DNA of 63,924 nucleotides, the filler included, from Lama guanicoe (taxonomy: Eukaryota): the NCBI GenBank assembly GCA_013239625.1. It is 150 parts of 150 records of this genome, joined end to end, with 100 filler letters (N's around TTAATTAATTAA, not from the genome) between each part and the next. Parts side by side here need not be neighbours in the genome. Positions count along the whole stretch, not along the records: positions 62,313 to 62,640 come from PNXV01056382.1; positions 62,741 to 63,068 come from PNXV01056383.1; positions 63,169 to 63,496 come from PNXV01056384.1; positions 63,597 to 63,924 come from PNXV01056385.1; 146 more parts are not named here. One strand, written 5' to 3'. The stretch's first letter is position 1. The number at the start of each line of letters is the position of its first letter. The notes under the pieces were generated by a model that worked only from the letters and a program-made list of their open reading frames with translations, did no database searches and had not been told where the DNA came from. Positions 62,213 through 63,924 of this stretch are shown one piece after another. A program made the position numbers and the translations under genes.

Positions 62213-63924
62213 NNNNNNNNNNNNNNNNNNNNNNNNNNNNNNNNNNNNNNNNNNNNTTAATTAATTAANNNNNNNNNNNNNNNNNNNNNNNNNNNNNNNN
62301 NNNNNNNNNNNNATGCATTAGTTAACGTGTGCTATTCACATACTTAATAGGACTACTACGTGTTCTTATTTTAATACAATTTATGAGCTTATGTGTTTAT
62401 AAAACTGAATTTTAAAGACTTCTTAAATCATATTTATGCTTTCTTCTTCATTTCGTGGAACTAAAGGTCATCTTTTCCCTTTTACGTTGAGCAAGGCCAT
62501 TACTCAATTACTTTCCCAAGTTGCAGGTTTTATTTTTCTTTTTTGTATATGAGCTCATATATCTTAAGCAAAATAAATTCAGTTTAGTAATTTTTCTTTA
62601 GTTTCTTTTTATAGATGGCAATTGCTGTGTATTAGACTAGNNNNNNNNNNNNNNNNNNNNNNNNNNNNNNNNNNNNNNNNNNNNTTAATTAATTAANNNN
62701 NNNNNNNNNNNNNNNNNNNNNNNNNNNNNNNNNNNNNNNNTCAAAAATACTGCTTTTATCTTAATTAGTATTATCTAATACAGAAACATCAAGTTATTGT
62801 TGAAGATATTAAAGCCAAACAAAAAGATGGGATGTTTTGCAAGGTCACAAAATTTAATAGTGCCACAAGCAGGCCTAGAAACTAAACAATCTATTATCCA
62901 GAATTTTTAAAATACAGAAGCAAAAAGAAGATGCTGGGAGAGCGGTCTAATCTTTTTATTGATGGTGGTAGTTTCATATAAGCAGTGTTTAATCTCATAA
63001 TTTGAAATTACCCTGGATGTACAGATAGTATTCTTGACCTGAATGCATAAAGTGATACTAATAAATTANNNNNNNNNNNNNNNNNNNNNNNNNNNNNNNN
63101 NNNNNNNNNNNNTTAATTAATTAANNNNNNNNNNNNNNNNNNNNNNNNNNNNNNNNNNNNNNNNNNNNGCAAACTCAGCACAGGATGGGCCCCTAACCCT
63201 GTGGGGGACTTTGTGGCTCAGGGTTCAAGGTGGGTCTAAGGTTCAGGGCTGCCTGCGCAGACTGCCCACGAGAGGACCCTTAAACCACAGCGCAGGGTGC
63301 ACAGCAGAGTGGACCCAGGGCCACAAGTTTACCAAAAAGGTCCTTCAGGCCCAGGGACAGTCTGAAGGCATAGACTCTAAAATGTCCGAAAAGCGCCAGC
63401 TGCCACCCACAGATGCCAACTGCTCCCCAAAGTCAGCAGGGGATCTATGCCACTGGCCTGGTCCCGCAGCCATGTACCTGTTTTCACACCACACTCNNNN
63501 NNNNNNNNNNNNNNNNNNNNNNNNNNNNNNNNNNNNNNNNTTAATTAATTAANNNNNNNNNNNNNNNNNNNNNNNNNNNNNNNNNNNNNNNNNNNNCTTC
63601 CTGGCTTAAATCAAAAGTGATGGCTCAGTGATTCCATGGCTGCTGAGCTAGTTGCTCCTTTGCTCCATTACACCTTTTTTTTTAAACTGAAAAAGAAATA
63701 CATGCATATGGTTAAAAAAATTTAAACAGAGCACAAAAATACACAAGTGAAAGAAGCTTTCCCTCATCCTGTTCTTTCAGCCCTCCCTGGAGATGCCACT
63801 GTTTATACTGTCCTCTGTGTGCATTTCCAGATATGCTATGCACATTCCCGCCTATGTATGTAAATTCATTTAAACTTTTACTTATTTTTAACTTAAAGGG
63901 ATTTAAACCCTCAAGTGGCTTCTG

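Noticed and set aside
371..63552. Regularly spaced TTAATTAATTAA with unique ~327-bp intervening sequences as a CRISPR-like or programmed-rearrangement array
   Set aside because: The 12-mer is always embedded in exactly 44+44 Ns, the segments are sorted by length and are unrelated mammalian loci, and no cas genes are present. It is a synthetic linker.
98..63552. The many ORFs ending in X...LIN, X...N or X
   Set aside because: They read through Ns into the linker stops. The shared C-terminus is an artefact, not a protein family.
63211..63552. 113-aa ORF
   Set aside because: It has a non-ATG start, no recognisable motif or splice context, and ends in the linker.

Overview
This is not contiguous genomic DNA. 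It is an artificial concatenation of about 150 unrelated short contigs (326-328 bp, ordered by increasing length). Each pair is joined by an identical 100-base spacer, N44-TTAATTAATTAA-N44, a palindromic linker with stops in all six frames. The DNA is mammalian, most likely camelid: it has a Vic-1-like tRNA-derived SINE and cetartiodactyl-type L1 3' ends. Adjacent contigs are unlinked, so no multi-gene system, operon or array can be inferred across spacers, and I found no credible novel biological system. Recognisable gene fragments are SLC25A43 exon 1, an ARHGAP23 last-exon piece, an RPL27A exon/intron boundary, a probable RAB4A first exon, two olfactory receptor fragments (OR6C-like and OR5B-like), a decayed C2H2 zinc-finger array and a conserved-looking 3'UTR. 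The window also holds several CpG-island fragments, two satellite-like repeats (~266 and ~248 bp period), a decayed hAT/Charlie transposase and many L1, L2, MIR, LTR and MER fragments. Gene and repeat names are from recalled sequence similarity, not database searches. Nearly all ORFs in the supplied track are spurious.
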